Shown: positions 24,714 through 34,993 of the stretch, piece by piece | How positions within the stretch are numbered: position 1 is the first letter of the stretch | Layout: the number at the start of each line of letters is the position of its first letter | From: Diadema antillarum | Taxonomy: Eukaryota | Reading direction: 5' to 3' | Length of the DNA stretch: 64,000 bases | NCBI RefSeq assembly: GCF_040938485.1 | Contig: NW_027271391.1 | Location: 248,001-312,000, forward strand | Position numbers and translations under genes: made by a program | The notes under the pieces: model-generated | Seen by the model: only the letters and a program-made list of their open reading frames with translations | Told to the model about the DNA's origin: nothing | The model's database searches: none

Positions 24714-25010
24714 GATTTTTGTCGAGCCACCGGAGGTGCGGGGAAACTAAGGGATCGCCTGTGGCGTCTGTCCGTCCGTCGTCCATCCGTCCTTCCGTCG
24801 TCTGTCCGGCAGGGATCAATGAACTTTAGGGCCCAATGTTAAGTTTTTATGGCGCGTTTCTATTATGGGTCATAACTTTTGATTCATAACTCCATTTGTG
24901 ACTAAACTTGGATGGTAGATGTCCCTTGGGGAGTGGATGATCACCACAAGGTCAAAGGTCACAAGCAGGGGTCAACTAACTTTTAGAGCCCAATATTAAG
25001 TTTTTATGTC
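24714..25010 (+). mobile_element. Truncated pearl/HINE-like element
   Basis: A T-run start, a (TCCG)-like microsatellite tract and a GGTCAAAGGTCA motif; the organisation resembles the 5' part of the 16.4-kb element. No 3' hairpin was seen. Confidence 0.45.
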
Positions 25011-25063
25011 CTCCAAGTAGCAATTCGCGAAAATATCTGTACGCGAAAATTTCAGCTCGTAAA

Positions 25064-25752
25064 GTACCTGTGAATTCTGCATCAGAATGCGTGAACATAG
25101 TGTACTAGAAAGTGTACACGTGAAACTCAACATGGCAAATCTCGCAAGTTACAGCTTACAAAGATGTTTTTGCTGGATAGAAATACATGTAGATATATTG
25201 TGCACGTCTTAAATTACATCTAATATATGAATATGAACAAAAAAATCACTTTAATGATGAATCACAACCAAATTTAATGGGTAGAGAATAGAGATGAAAA
25301 CATTGGACGATACTGCTTAGTCCCTTTTGCATATAATACTGAAAAATCAAAGAAAAACATTGATGCAAGTTGTCAGTCTCTGACAATCACCATGGTAACA
25401 ATCAGACACCAGAGCTTCTCAGCCATTCAAAACTAAGGATTTTACTGAAGTTGTCAGAGACTGACAACTTTTAGGAAACGGTGCCCAGAATTTCATATGT
25501 TGCCAATTTAAGAATCAGAGATGGGAAATTTATACAAATACAGTGTATAATATGAACAGCAAATACCTTGAATGTAAGATGATATAATTACATACAGTCG
25601 ATTCTCTTTGATGGCCTACAGCTTTGCCATCATAGTAGAAATCATAGTGCAACTGATCTTGAAGTGAAGAGTTATTTGCTGGAAATAGGATGATGGTGTG
25701 CTGGCCGTGAAGCTCTGTTCTGTGTTGATTTTTATGTGTGCTAGAGCTTGGA

Positions 25753-25801
<49 letters not shown>

Positions 25802-26475
25802 TTAATATATATTGGCTCACTTCCACACACATCCAGCATGACCCAGAAAGTCAAGATACTTTCTAGTGTAATGATCTGAGAGTACTGCATTGTCTTTATT
25901 TGCTCACAAGGAAAAACAACAACAACAATAACAAACATGTTAGTGTTTTCCGGTTTTCCACGTTATTTCATTGCAAGGATGCGACAATGAATTGAAAAGT
26001 CAACTTGACTTATATAATAGGAGAAAAACAAAACCGACAAAGAGCAGTAACAGCTGTATGTCTAGAGAAATATGATCACAGGTTGGTAAAGTGTGCGATT
26101 CTTGCCTTGAAAATCAAATGCAGTCATCTTTGTGTCAGGTGCACAAAAGAAATTTCATGTACCTGTGAATTCTGCATCAGAATGCGCAAAAATGGTGTAC
26201 TGGAAAGTGTGAACATCAAAAAATCAACATGGCAACTATGGCAAGTTACAGCTTACAAAGATGTTTTTGCTGGATAGAAATACATGTAGATATATTGTAC
26301 ACGTCTTAAATTACATCTAATATATGAATATGAACACACAAAAAAATCACTTTAATGATAAATCACAACCAAATTTAATGGGTAGAGAATAGAGATGAAA
26401 ACATTGGATGATACTGCTTAGTCCCTTTTGCTTACATATAATACTGAAAATCAAAGAAAAAAAAATTGATGCAAG
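25064..26475 (+). repeat. ~310-bp direct duplication (25064-25369 and 26159-26475)
   Basis: Both copies start GTACCTGTGAATTCTGCATCAGAATGCG, share long identical runs (GCAAGTTACAGCTTACAAAGATGTTTTTGCTGGATAGAAATACATGTAGATATATTGT...) and end ATTGATGCAAG. Confidence 0.9.
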
Positions 26476-27439
26476 AGTTAAAGCTTTTACGAGCATTATG
26501 CAACACTCGCTCAACTGCAATCAGCTGCCATTCTAAAATCAACAAATTTCTTACAATGTAACACAAAATATTTGCTGCTAAACACTTTGCTCATTATGGC
26601 AGCGCAGATGATTTCAGATTTCCATTTCGAGCCACAACCGTCAACTACGTTTGTATCAAGTAAAGTGTGCTCCTGCCAGGGAAAGGGTCATAACACAGGG
26701 CACACACAGATTCATCAATACCAGTATTACTGTTTGATTTCAAGGTACATGTATAACGTAGTTCTCAAAAGGGTCAAAGTTTATCTTCCACCATTTGAAA
26801 TTTGCTTTCAATATACAGCAAAAGGGTCTACCAAGAAACTTGTCTGGCTGACGGAATTTGTCAGGATAATGAGCTATCTAAGAGTATCTTGAGATCAAAA
26901 GTACAAAATAATTTAGACTTGAGTACCCAACTTTTATTCCTGACGCACCCTCTCCCTGTTCAGTAGTGAGTAGGTAGAACTTCATGTGACCATAGACCGT
27001 GCCCTAGCAGTAGTATTTCCCAACAAGTCACATGAGATTCACTCGTGCCTGGAGAATCGAAGGGCACTGCTATTGCCCAATTTGTCATCAATTATGAAAC
27101 ATTACGTAGCAACCACAATCGGGTATGTTCTCAGAATGCGATACTGTCAGCATACTTTGGGGTAATATTTCGCATTTTTGTCATTACCCAACTGAAATCA
27201 CATGCTGCTACAGCATTATATCACACATTTTTTATACACAAGTGTCCATTTTGGAGCAAAAATCAACAGTTTCTGCAGCCATATGGAAACTGTGTTTTAC
27301 TTTTAACCTGTGCCCCATCGGACTTTGGAAATCCTAACTGGCTTAGTACATATGGCAGTGTGAATGTCATTACAGTCTTCCCTTTGACCCCATGTTTGTT
27401 GCCACTACTCAAAAATATTTGAAGTATGTGCCAAACTGG

Positions 27440-28375
27440 ATCTGCCCCACAGATAGGAAGATAATTGATTTATATCTCATTGCATAATGGCCAGCCACTC
27501 TCTAAAGAAAGATATGTCTTTATGACAGCAATTACTTTTCGTCATCCATACATATAAAATATGAGCAGTACATAGCAGTAAAGACATAGGAATGCGAGAA
27601 GAACAGAAATTGCACAAATAGTGCTGAAAACGGGTCATTTCATGCCAAAGTTTAGTGACCTTTGACCTAACAGGATTTTGCCCAAAAGCTGATATAATTG
27701 TATATACATGTATACACACATCTACACCTCATGTGGCACACACAGGTCAGGTACCCAGAAAATTATCCAGTGGTTTTTCTTGAAATGCCATACAGTACAA
27801 TGTAGCACTATGTGCGAAGAATGAATGGACTACCAAAAAACATCAAGACTCAGACACCCTCTAGCAGAGACAGAATTATAATGACTACCTCTACGGGGGC
27901 TTCACAACTTTACTACTTTAGAAGACTTGGAGATTTATGTCATCTAGAATCAGTACTTCAAATTTTAGGGCATTGCTGTAGGAGGCACAGATCAGGCTAC
28001 CACTGCCATTGTCATGAACAACTTGCACTCTTCACCTGTGAGAGTATCCACTGGTACTGGAACTAGAGAGGATCTTTGGAGAGTTACCAGGTACTCACTT
28101 TGCAGACTTTTCAAACCCAACCTGGGCCCCATTGGGGGCCACCCGAACAGCTTAATTAATAAACAAAACTGTATCCCTCGGCCTTACGAATGATATCTTC
28201 CAAATTTAATTAAAATGGGACCATGTATTTTACAAAAAGAAAGTAAAGATGTCAAATGGTCAAGGAGAGATCCCATTGCATGAAGAACATCACACGGTGG
28301 TTGACAGATAAGGCATGGCAAACAACAAGTGACAACAAGAGCTCACTTTAGCCCTTTGCTCAGAGGAGCCAAAAT
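27440..28375 (-). mobile_element. Old HINE/pearl-like remnant
   Basis: The minus strand begins TTTTGGCTCCTCTGAGCAAAGGGCTAAAGTGAGCTC, resembling common TTTTAGCTCACCTGAGC element starts. A TGACCTTTGACC motif lies near 27657. Boundaries are uncertain. Confidence 0.3.
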
Positions 28376-28703
28376 GATTGTACTACATGTACTTAAAAGT
28401 CGTATATATCCATATCCCTGTTAGTGCATAATTACAATTTGTTTTGTCTTTTGCAAAATAAACATTTTTTCAATTTTGTTCATAGCCTGCTAGTCCTGAC
28501 CCTCATCGAGTATATGGTCATTTGCTTAATCAAACATTTCAACCAAAATGTTTATAGCATCAAACAGAGTAATCTGCAATCATCAAAAACATACGGTACT
28601 CAGACATTTAATATCACAACCAGTCGAACTCTGCAAATGCTTTGTCAGTATAGTATCGGATGCGCTTATACCTCTATTTTCCCTGTTTGCTTCCGGGAAA
28701 TAG

Positions 28704-30613
28704 CTACATCTCTGTTCCTTCCTTTGATGCAGATGCCAATTCAGCTTCAATGTCATTGCACTCTGTTTGTAGTCCCGTCTTTTCACGAACAGCCGATCGT
28801 TGGTGACCTTCCGAGAAAGCTCTCACATAATCTATCAGTGAGAGAATCCAGTCCTTAATAGAGATGAAGTAATCTAAGCACCTTTGGGCAAGAGATGGAG
28901 ACTGATCCAGGGCTGGCTGAGTGTGTACGAATCTGATGGCATCAAGAAAAGCCTGGGCATCGTCCACCGACATCTCAATCGAGTCGTCCAGTTTGCCGCA
29001 AACGTAGACCCATTTGGCATTCTCAAATGTGGCGGGCTGTGCCTTTTTGAAAGTATCGTAAAATGCTTCTTGGTTACTCACTGGCCAGTGAAAGTCGTGA
29101 ACTATTACAAACACCTTTAGTGGACCTGCAAGGCAATGAGACAACAATAAAGACAAAAAGGCACAATATTTCAATCTGCATTTCTTATTCACCCGAGGTC
29201 CAACAACAAAGGCACAATCAATCAAAATTCCCCTCAAATCCCATCCCAGCACAACAAGAATAAAACATACAGGCATGATATTCTGTACATTTAAATCTGA
29301 ATTCAGATTTTTTTAATCATGTTTATACACAATTTTGCTTTTTTTATGTTATAAAAATCACCTGAAAATTTTGATTTTTGATTTGTTCAACAAACCTCAA
29401 TATCATCCCTGAAACATACTAAATCAATGTAATGGACACAATTTGTTATAAAGCAGAGAGTATATATTCCATAAATCAACCTCTTGCTATCACTGAACAG
29501 ATTGTTCACAAGTTAAAATCAGCAATCTCTGCTTCTGAACAGAATCCTAAACAATGCAAGAGCCAAGGATCCTGCAAGTTATGTTAAAGAAGAGCATCAG
29601 AATTATTTTTATAGTTACAGCATAACTTGCATGTTCCCTCGCCATGTCTTTTGTTAGTCACATTAATATTACAGAAATATGCAAGTTATGCTGAGTCGAA
29701 GGGAAGGTGCATTCCAATGTCTTTTGTTAAACATATGAGTACTTCAGCAATGATTGACAGATTAGGTCACAACAGGAATATTGGTTTGGAAGGATTTTTT
29801 GTGGGTGTATCCAAGCAATCTGAAGAAAAATTACTTAAAAATATATGGAATGTTTCTAGATATTCATTTCACTGCAAAAGTGATGTTGAGGGTATCATCC
29901 CTGACATAAACCAACACAAAAATCAACATGCATCGATTTGTATTTCAGAGAACCTTTAAGTCTGATTTTAGTCTTTTTATCTACTAGGTTGATCAAAAAC
30001 TAACGTACAGTAAACTGCACTTTAAGTATGGATTCAGACATGATTCTGGGGTTGGGTTTGGCGAGTGTGTGCGTGTGAGTGCGGGTGTGCATGTGTATAA
30101 TAAAAAAAAATTGTCAAATTTCTATTCAGGAATTATATGTAGAGTTTGTTGCTCTGGAAAAATCTCACTGGATATCTACTCACCAAAGTGATTTCTGGCC
30201 TTTGGTAGGAACTTGTCATAGAGAGCATCCACAACATTCGTAATAGCAAAACGTCTGTTGTGGATGGAGTGGCAGAGAATGACAGCATTGTAGTCTTTCC
30301 AGTCTGGGCGGAACGAGTCAAGGTCGTTGTACGGCAGACGCACGAACTCTACCCTCCCCACGTAGGGCTTCATCTTCCCGTCAGTCTGGAGGTACGTCAA
30401 GAGTGCTTGAACTGAGTTCTGACCGGATCCGCTGCAGACACACAGAGAGATGCGCTCCGCCACCACCTCCTCTGGTTCCTGCACCTCCCCCTTCTCTAGA
30501 TCTTCCTCCTCCTCCTTCTTTGGTCTGTTGTTCTCCTCTGGTGGTAATGATGCATTTTCATCCCCAGAGAAAGTGGTATTGGTCTCCATGGCAGCCCTTG
30601 TCCCTGTGTTCAT
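28704..30613 (-). CDS. Uncharacterised ~283-aa protein with an acidic N-terminus and a predicted flavodoxin/TIR-like alpha/beta domain
   Basis: Exon 30613-30184 (ATG to CAC TTT G|GTGAGT) splices in phase to exon 29125-28704 (TTGCAG|GT CCA...TAG). An acceptor (TTTTTCTCTCCATAAAAACAG, exon start 30621) lies just before the ATG, and a possible upstream UTR exon donor is at 31750. Alternating strand/helix pattern: ISLCVCS-helix-VEFVRL-AVILCHS-helix-KVFVIVHD-helix-WVYVCG-helix. Confidence 0.8.
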
Positions 30614-32297
30614 GTAGCAGTCTGTTTTTATGGAGAGAAAAAAAATCATCAGAGCATGATGCTAAAGATTACAGTATTTTGATTACCATGCTTAGTAATG
30701 AGTACACCTATGGGTGTATCATTAACATTCAATTGTTACGACTACTACCACCCCTGTAATTATCTTCTTTCTTTTTTTAGTAAGTGTTATTTTGGCTGTG
30801 AAGATTACATATCTTTATTACTATTACTCAGTAGGTCTACAGGTCAGCAATTTACAACGATCTTTGAAATCACAACCTGTAATGAAGAGGAAAAATAATG
30901 TGTACATGTAAGTAGACATGTTGATAGAAATATCCGTCTACTCCAGACAAGTTTTTTAAAACAATGTTTTAACGTTTACTTTTACAGCTCTACTCTGTAG
31001 ACATAGGAGGGAAATCCGTGAAGCCAGACGTCTACGCAGAACATATCCCTGAATTTAAGATACACATCGATCATTCGGTCAAGCAAGCATGGTATCTTGC
31101 ACAAAGCAAAGGCACATTTAACAAACAATGCGCCGCATTTATCATCAGAACAAGAGGGTGAGATGAGACCTCCTTGCTCATGTCATATGAATCAATGGTC
31201 CCGTCAGCTCAGCTGGTCGCAGTTCACTTAGGGTCACCGTCAGGGTACGTATCATCTCTCATGGCCATGCCAGTTGGTGCAAAATGCACCATGCAATATC
31301 TGATATTTCAAAGTAACAACTAAACTTTTACCTTTCTTTCATTCAGACTGCATTAGCGAATCTTCAAAGACTGTTTTTTTCTTTAACCACTTTTAATTAT
31401 TGAAGATGAATTGGGTAATTTGCTTCTATTGGTGAACACAAACTTCACAAAGACACGAAAAGGATAGCGATAGATCTAGTGATTCTGCTCACGCCCCAGC
31501 ATGCAGCAGCGCGTTTCTTATTAAAATCCTCTGGGCTCTTGCTACTGGTCACTAAATCACTGCCGAAACGGCAATATTTTCCAGTCATTGTCAGATTGAC
31601 GGAAGAGATTTGACCTTCACGGTCTTGCTTCCTAACTCAGTAAAATTTAACTACGTATTTAGCTACAAACCTAGTCTATTAATCGTACAAAGAAAGATCA
31701 AAAGGCCAGGTCAGGATGAGGTTAAACATTAGTAATTATACCTACTTACCATTAAGATTAATATCATAGCAGGAGTACGGTAGATTAGCAGTCGAAGTCC
31801 AAGTCAAACTGGTAAATCATCTCATTCGGAGTCATACGCTCACTTGCTGTGCCCACTGCACTGCACTGGCGATGTTTTGGCTGTGGCGTAGGTGTGAGTG
31901 GTGTATGGTACGACGTAGAGGGGGCAGCAGACACCCGGGGAATCCCCACAGAATCTATGGGAATCCCCACTAATCTCCAACTACCGTAGTTAAATAGAGA
32001 TCATGAGAGGCCGGGAATAAAGCAATATCCCTGACAAACACTGAACTCTTTGTAAAAAAAAAAAAAAAATGACCTTCCATTATGATCATCGAAGTCTATA
32101 GAAGCAAGCGACTTAAATAGCGCCGCCATGCATCACCTGTTTGAAGATCACGTCTTTTATCGGTGAAACTCACTGATCTGTACCTAACTATCGATACAGA
32201 TACGAGCAATGATTTATCTTTAAAGGTGATTTCTTCTTCTTCCTGTTATTCTCTTCCTCGTTCTCCTTTGTGTTACATTCAAAAGTCACACGTTACA

Positions 32298-32299
<2 letters not shown>

Positions 32300-32332
<33 letters not shown>
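32300..32332. repeat. (CA)n microsatellite
   Basis: Uninterrupted CA run. Confidence 0.95.
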
Positions 32333-32337
<5 letters not shown>

Positions 32338-33604
32338 TACACAGGAGAATGATGTGTCTTTTTGAACTTTGTGTGGTTTTTTTTTTTTAACCAACCTTAC
32401 GTATAAAGTAGAGTCAATAAATACATATTAATAACTTCAGGAATAAAATTGTCTTTACAAAATTAACAAGACGTATCAAAGTTGAAGAAAATAATGATGG
32501 TGTGTAGTTAATAAATTACCTCACCAAACTCCCCAAACAGGTCTATATAGACACTATTCGATTGGCATGTTGAGAGGTAGGCCTACTTTCCCCGGTTAGG
32601 TAACACTCCGAATATCACTCGACGTTTAAAACAATTTGAATAGCTGAATGAATAGGAGCATAGTAGGGATGAAGATATTGAAAAGAAAAAATAACAACAC
32701 GAAGGAGGATCAATTTAATGCAGCAATAGGGAATTAAACTCACAGAACAGCGAACGAATTGCCATGAGGATGAAATCTTCGACGGCATGGAATTACTTCG
32801 CCTTTAACCATGATAATTGCCGTAATACTCCGGTGCCGGTGTGCATTTTAAACCAGCAGAATCCCCCCCCCCCCCCATTCGAGAAACTTTGCGCTGTTGT
32901 CGTCGCTTTCAAGTAGTTTCTCAGTTTTGATGTAGTACACGTCTCAATCAATAAATACTGTTGGACGTTTTTCTCTTTCGCAAGAGTTCATACAACTTCA
33001 TAGAATTTCTACCGGTTCACGTGCCGATACAGGCATTGCGCACTTTTCTTCTCTGTTTGCATGTGTTTGCATTGAACGCGGAAAAGTTCACTGACGTTGT
33101 CTGGCTAATGTCCCATGTATTATATGCTGTATACACTAGCCTACATATCCCTCGAAGAGACGGAATGGCCGGTGACTTGGAATCAAGAAACGCGATTGAT
33201 AATGACAACGACCCCTGACTACTTTGCGATGCTCTAGACCTCTCGATGATTATGTCTAGAAAAACATATGTGAGTAATAATATAGCAAGGTATAACTATA
33301 TTATCACGCCGACACTCGGGACATTCGGATCGTGATTCGCAAAGCTGACCGGACTGACTGTACAGGCCTACATGTCAGGAAGGGGTACCGACAGAGCAAG
33401 ACTTTGGGCTCCTTTTTTTCACTGCTAAGAAGTTGTTTTCTATGTAAGTTTAGAATTCATTGCTGAGGCATAAAGACAAAGGCTGTCTTACTTGAACAAT
33501 ATCCATGCGGCAATCTTTTCGTACCGTGCTTCTTTTGAATTGTCTGAAAGTTGCATCCTTTGCACATCTTCATGATCAGTCGGAACTTCCATGATCAAAC
33601 CAAA

Positions 33605-34993
33605 ATGGCAAGCAAGCGACTTTCTCAGGCTGGTACTGCTACGTCTGCTCCCATTTGCAATTCGTGTGACCATCACAGTGCCATATCTTGGATTAAACGA
33701 GTTATCACGAAGCAAGAAGGATGTGTCGCCATAGATACCATTTGTGAAGAGAAAGTGAAAATGAAGCAGAAATATGACATGTGTGAATGTGACTTGAGCA
33801 TAGTTTTGTGCCATTCGGTCGTGAAAGCGTTATTTCACGTGCAAGATGGTATGCTTTACTTCATGTCAACATACACGTCTGCACTCAACAAAGTCATCCA
33901 GATCCTGAGGGAAAATGGTCCGCAACCTGTCGGAATATTGCTGGATATGATACAGAGACAGCGAACATTAGTCGCTGCCGAGAAGAGAGTCATAGGGACG
34001 AACAAGAGAGAATTTACAAATTTCGTCATCAAAGAACCAAACACATTTCGTTTTCTTTCCCCTCCGGGGTTGGTGATGCTATGCGATGCCCGACAAGAGA
34101 CCAATAACCAAGTCACACAGGCGCTGAATTTGATGGAGCGATACCTCCGAACGAAAGGGTTGTGTTCGGCGCAAGATTTGCTCACACAAGTGGTTCGACA
34201 TCAATCTGTGAGCACTGGCTGTATCGCCGGAAAGAAAACTCTGAGGAAACTTCTTTCCTCCCACCCAGACCGTTTCCAGATTTACGGAAGCTCCATGATT
34301 TCTTTGACCAAGTCTCGTCTTCGCGCTCTGAATGAAAATCTTCATACAGGCGGAGGCCACTACAAACGTTCTGAGACTTCCGTGTCACCGTCATCAGGTG
34401 TGACAATATCAGATCTGACTACCAGACACGGCCATTCTTCCACCAACCTCGGAAGTTCGGGAAGGTCCGTCGGAGGAGGAGAAGACTCACCAAGTAGCCT
34501 GGTCACTGGTCTGAGATTTGTGCAGAGGCTGATCCAGAGGAAGGGACCGATGCTTATACAAGATGCCCACCTGCTCTTCATGGCCAACCCTCGAGTCAGC
34601 GACATGCAGCGCAGGGCTGTCGGGAGAACGCCAGAAGCCATGCTGGTCCACATCCTGCAGAGACGGTGCACCTATCACGTCATCCCTCCACTCAACCTGA
34701 TTACTCTCGCCCATACCAAACAGGTGAAATGCAACCAACTGACAGCCGCACTCAGAAAGATGAAGAGTCGCCTGAAGGATTGTCATCCTGGGGAAAGTCT
34801 CCTGGACCTCATGCAAACAGTACCCCTGACAGCCTCCGAGAGAAGGTCGCTGGGAATAAACAACCGTGCTCTGCGATTAACCGTGAAACACTATAGAAGC
34901 ATCTTTTCCAATGTTGACGTGGACTGTTTGACCGTCACAAAAAAGCCACGAAATAAAAGAGAGAAACACAAGCACGGAAGGGAGAGGCGCTGA
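33605..34993 (+). CDS. Intronless ~462-aa protein of five tandem winged-helix-like (Egalitarian N-terminal/LOTUS-like) repeats with a basic C-terminal tail
   Basis: A single stop-free ORF (33551-34993) of normal amino-acid complexity. The best ATG context is AAAATGG at 33605, with an alternative at 33572. It has five ~65-aa repeats that start (S/Q/T/A)(A/G)(L/I)xx(hydrophobic) and end in a beta-hairpin-like segment. Coding status is well supported; the fold assignment is by eye. Confidence 0.75.
   Translation: MASKRLSQAGTATSAPICNSCDHHSAISWIKRVITKQEGCVAIDTICEEKVKMKQKYDMCECDLSIVLCHSVVKALFHVQDGMLYFMSTYTSALNKVIQILRENGPQPVGILLDMIQRQRTLVAAEKRVIGTNKREFTNFVIKEPNTFRFLSPPGLVMLCDARQETNNQVTQALNLMERYLRTKGLCSAQDLLTQVVRHQSVSTGCIAGKKTLRKLLSSHPDRFQIYGSSMISLTKSRLRALNENLHTGGGHYKRSETSVSPSSGVTISDLTTRHGHSSTNLGSSGRSVGGGEDSPSSLVTGLRFVQRLIQRKGPMLIQDAHLLFMANPRVSDMQRRAVGRTPEAMLVHILQRRCTYHVIPPLNLITLAHTKQVKCNQLTAALRKMKSRLKDCHPGESLLDLMQTVPLTASERRSLGINNRALRLTVKHYRSIFSNVDVDCLTVTKKPRNKREKHKHGRERR

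Noticed and set aside
31200-31260. AGCTCAGCTGG A-box-like tRNA/SINE head
   Set aside because: No B-box or cloverleaf follows.
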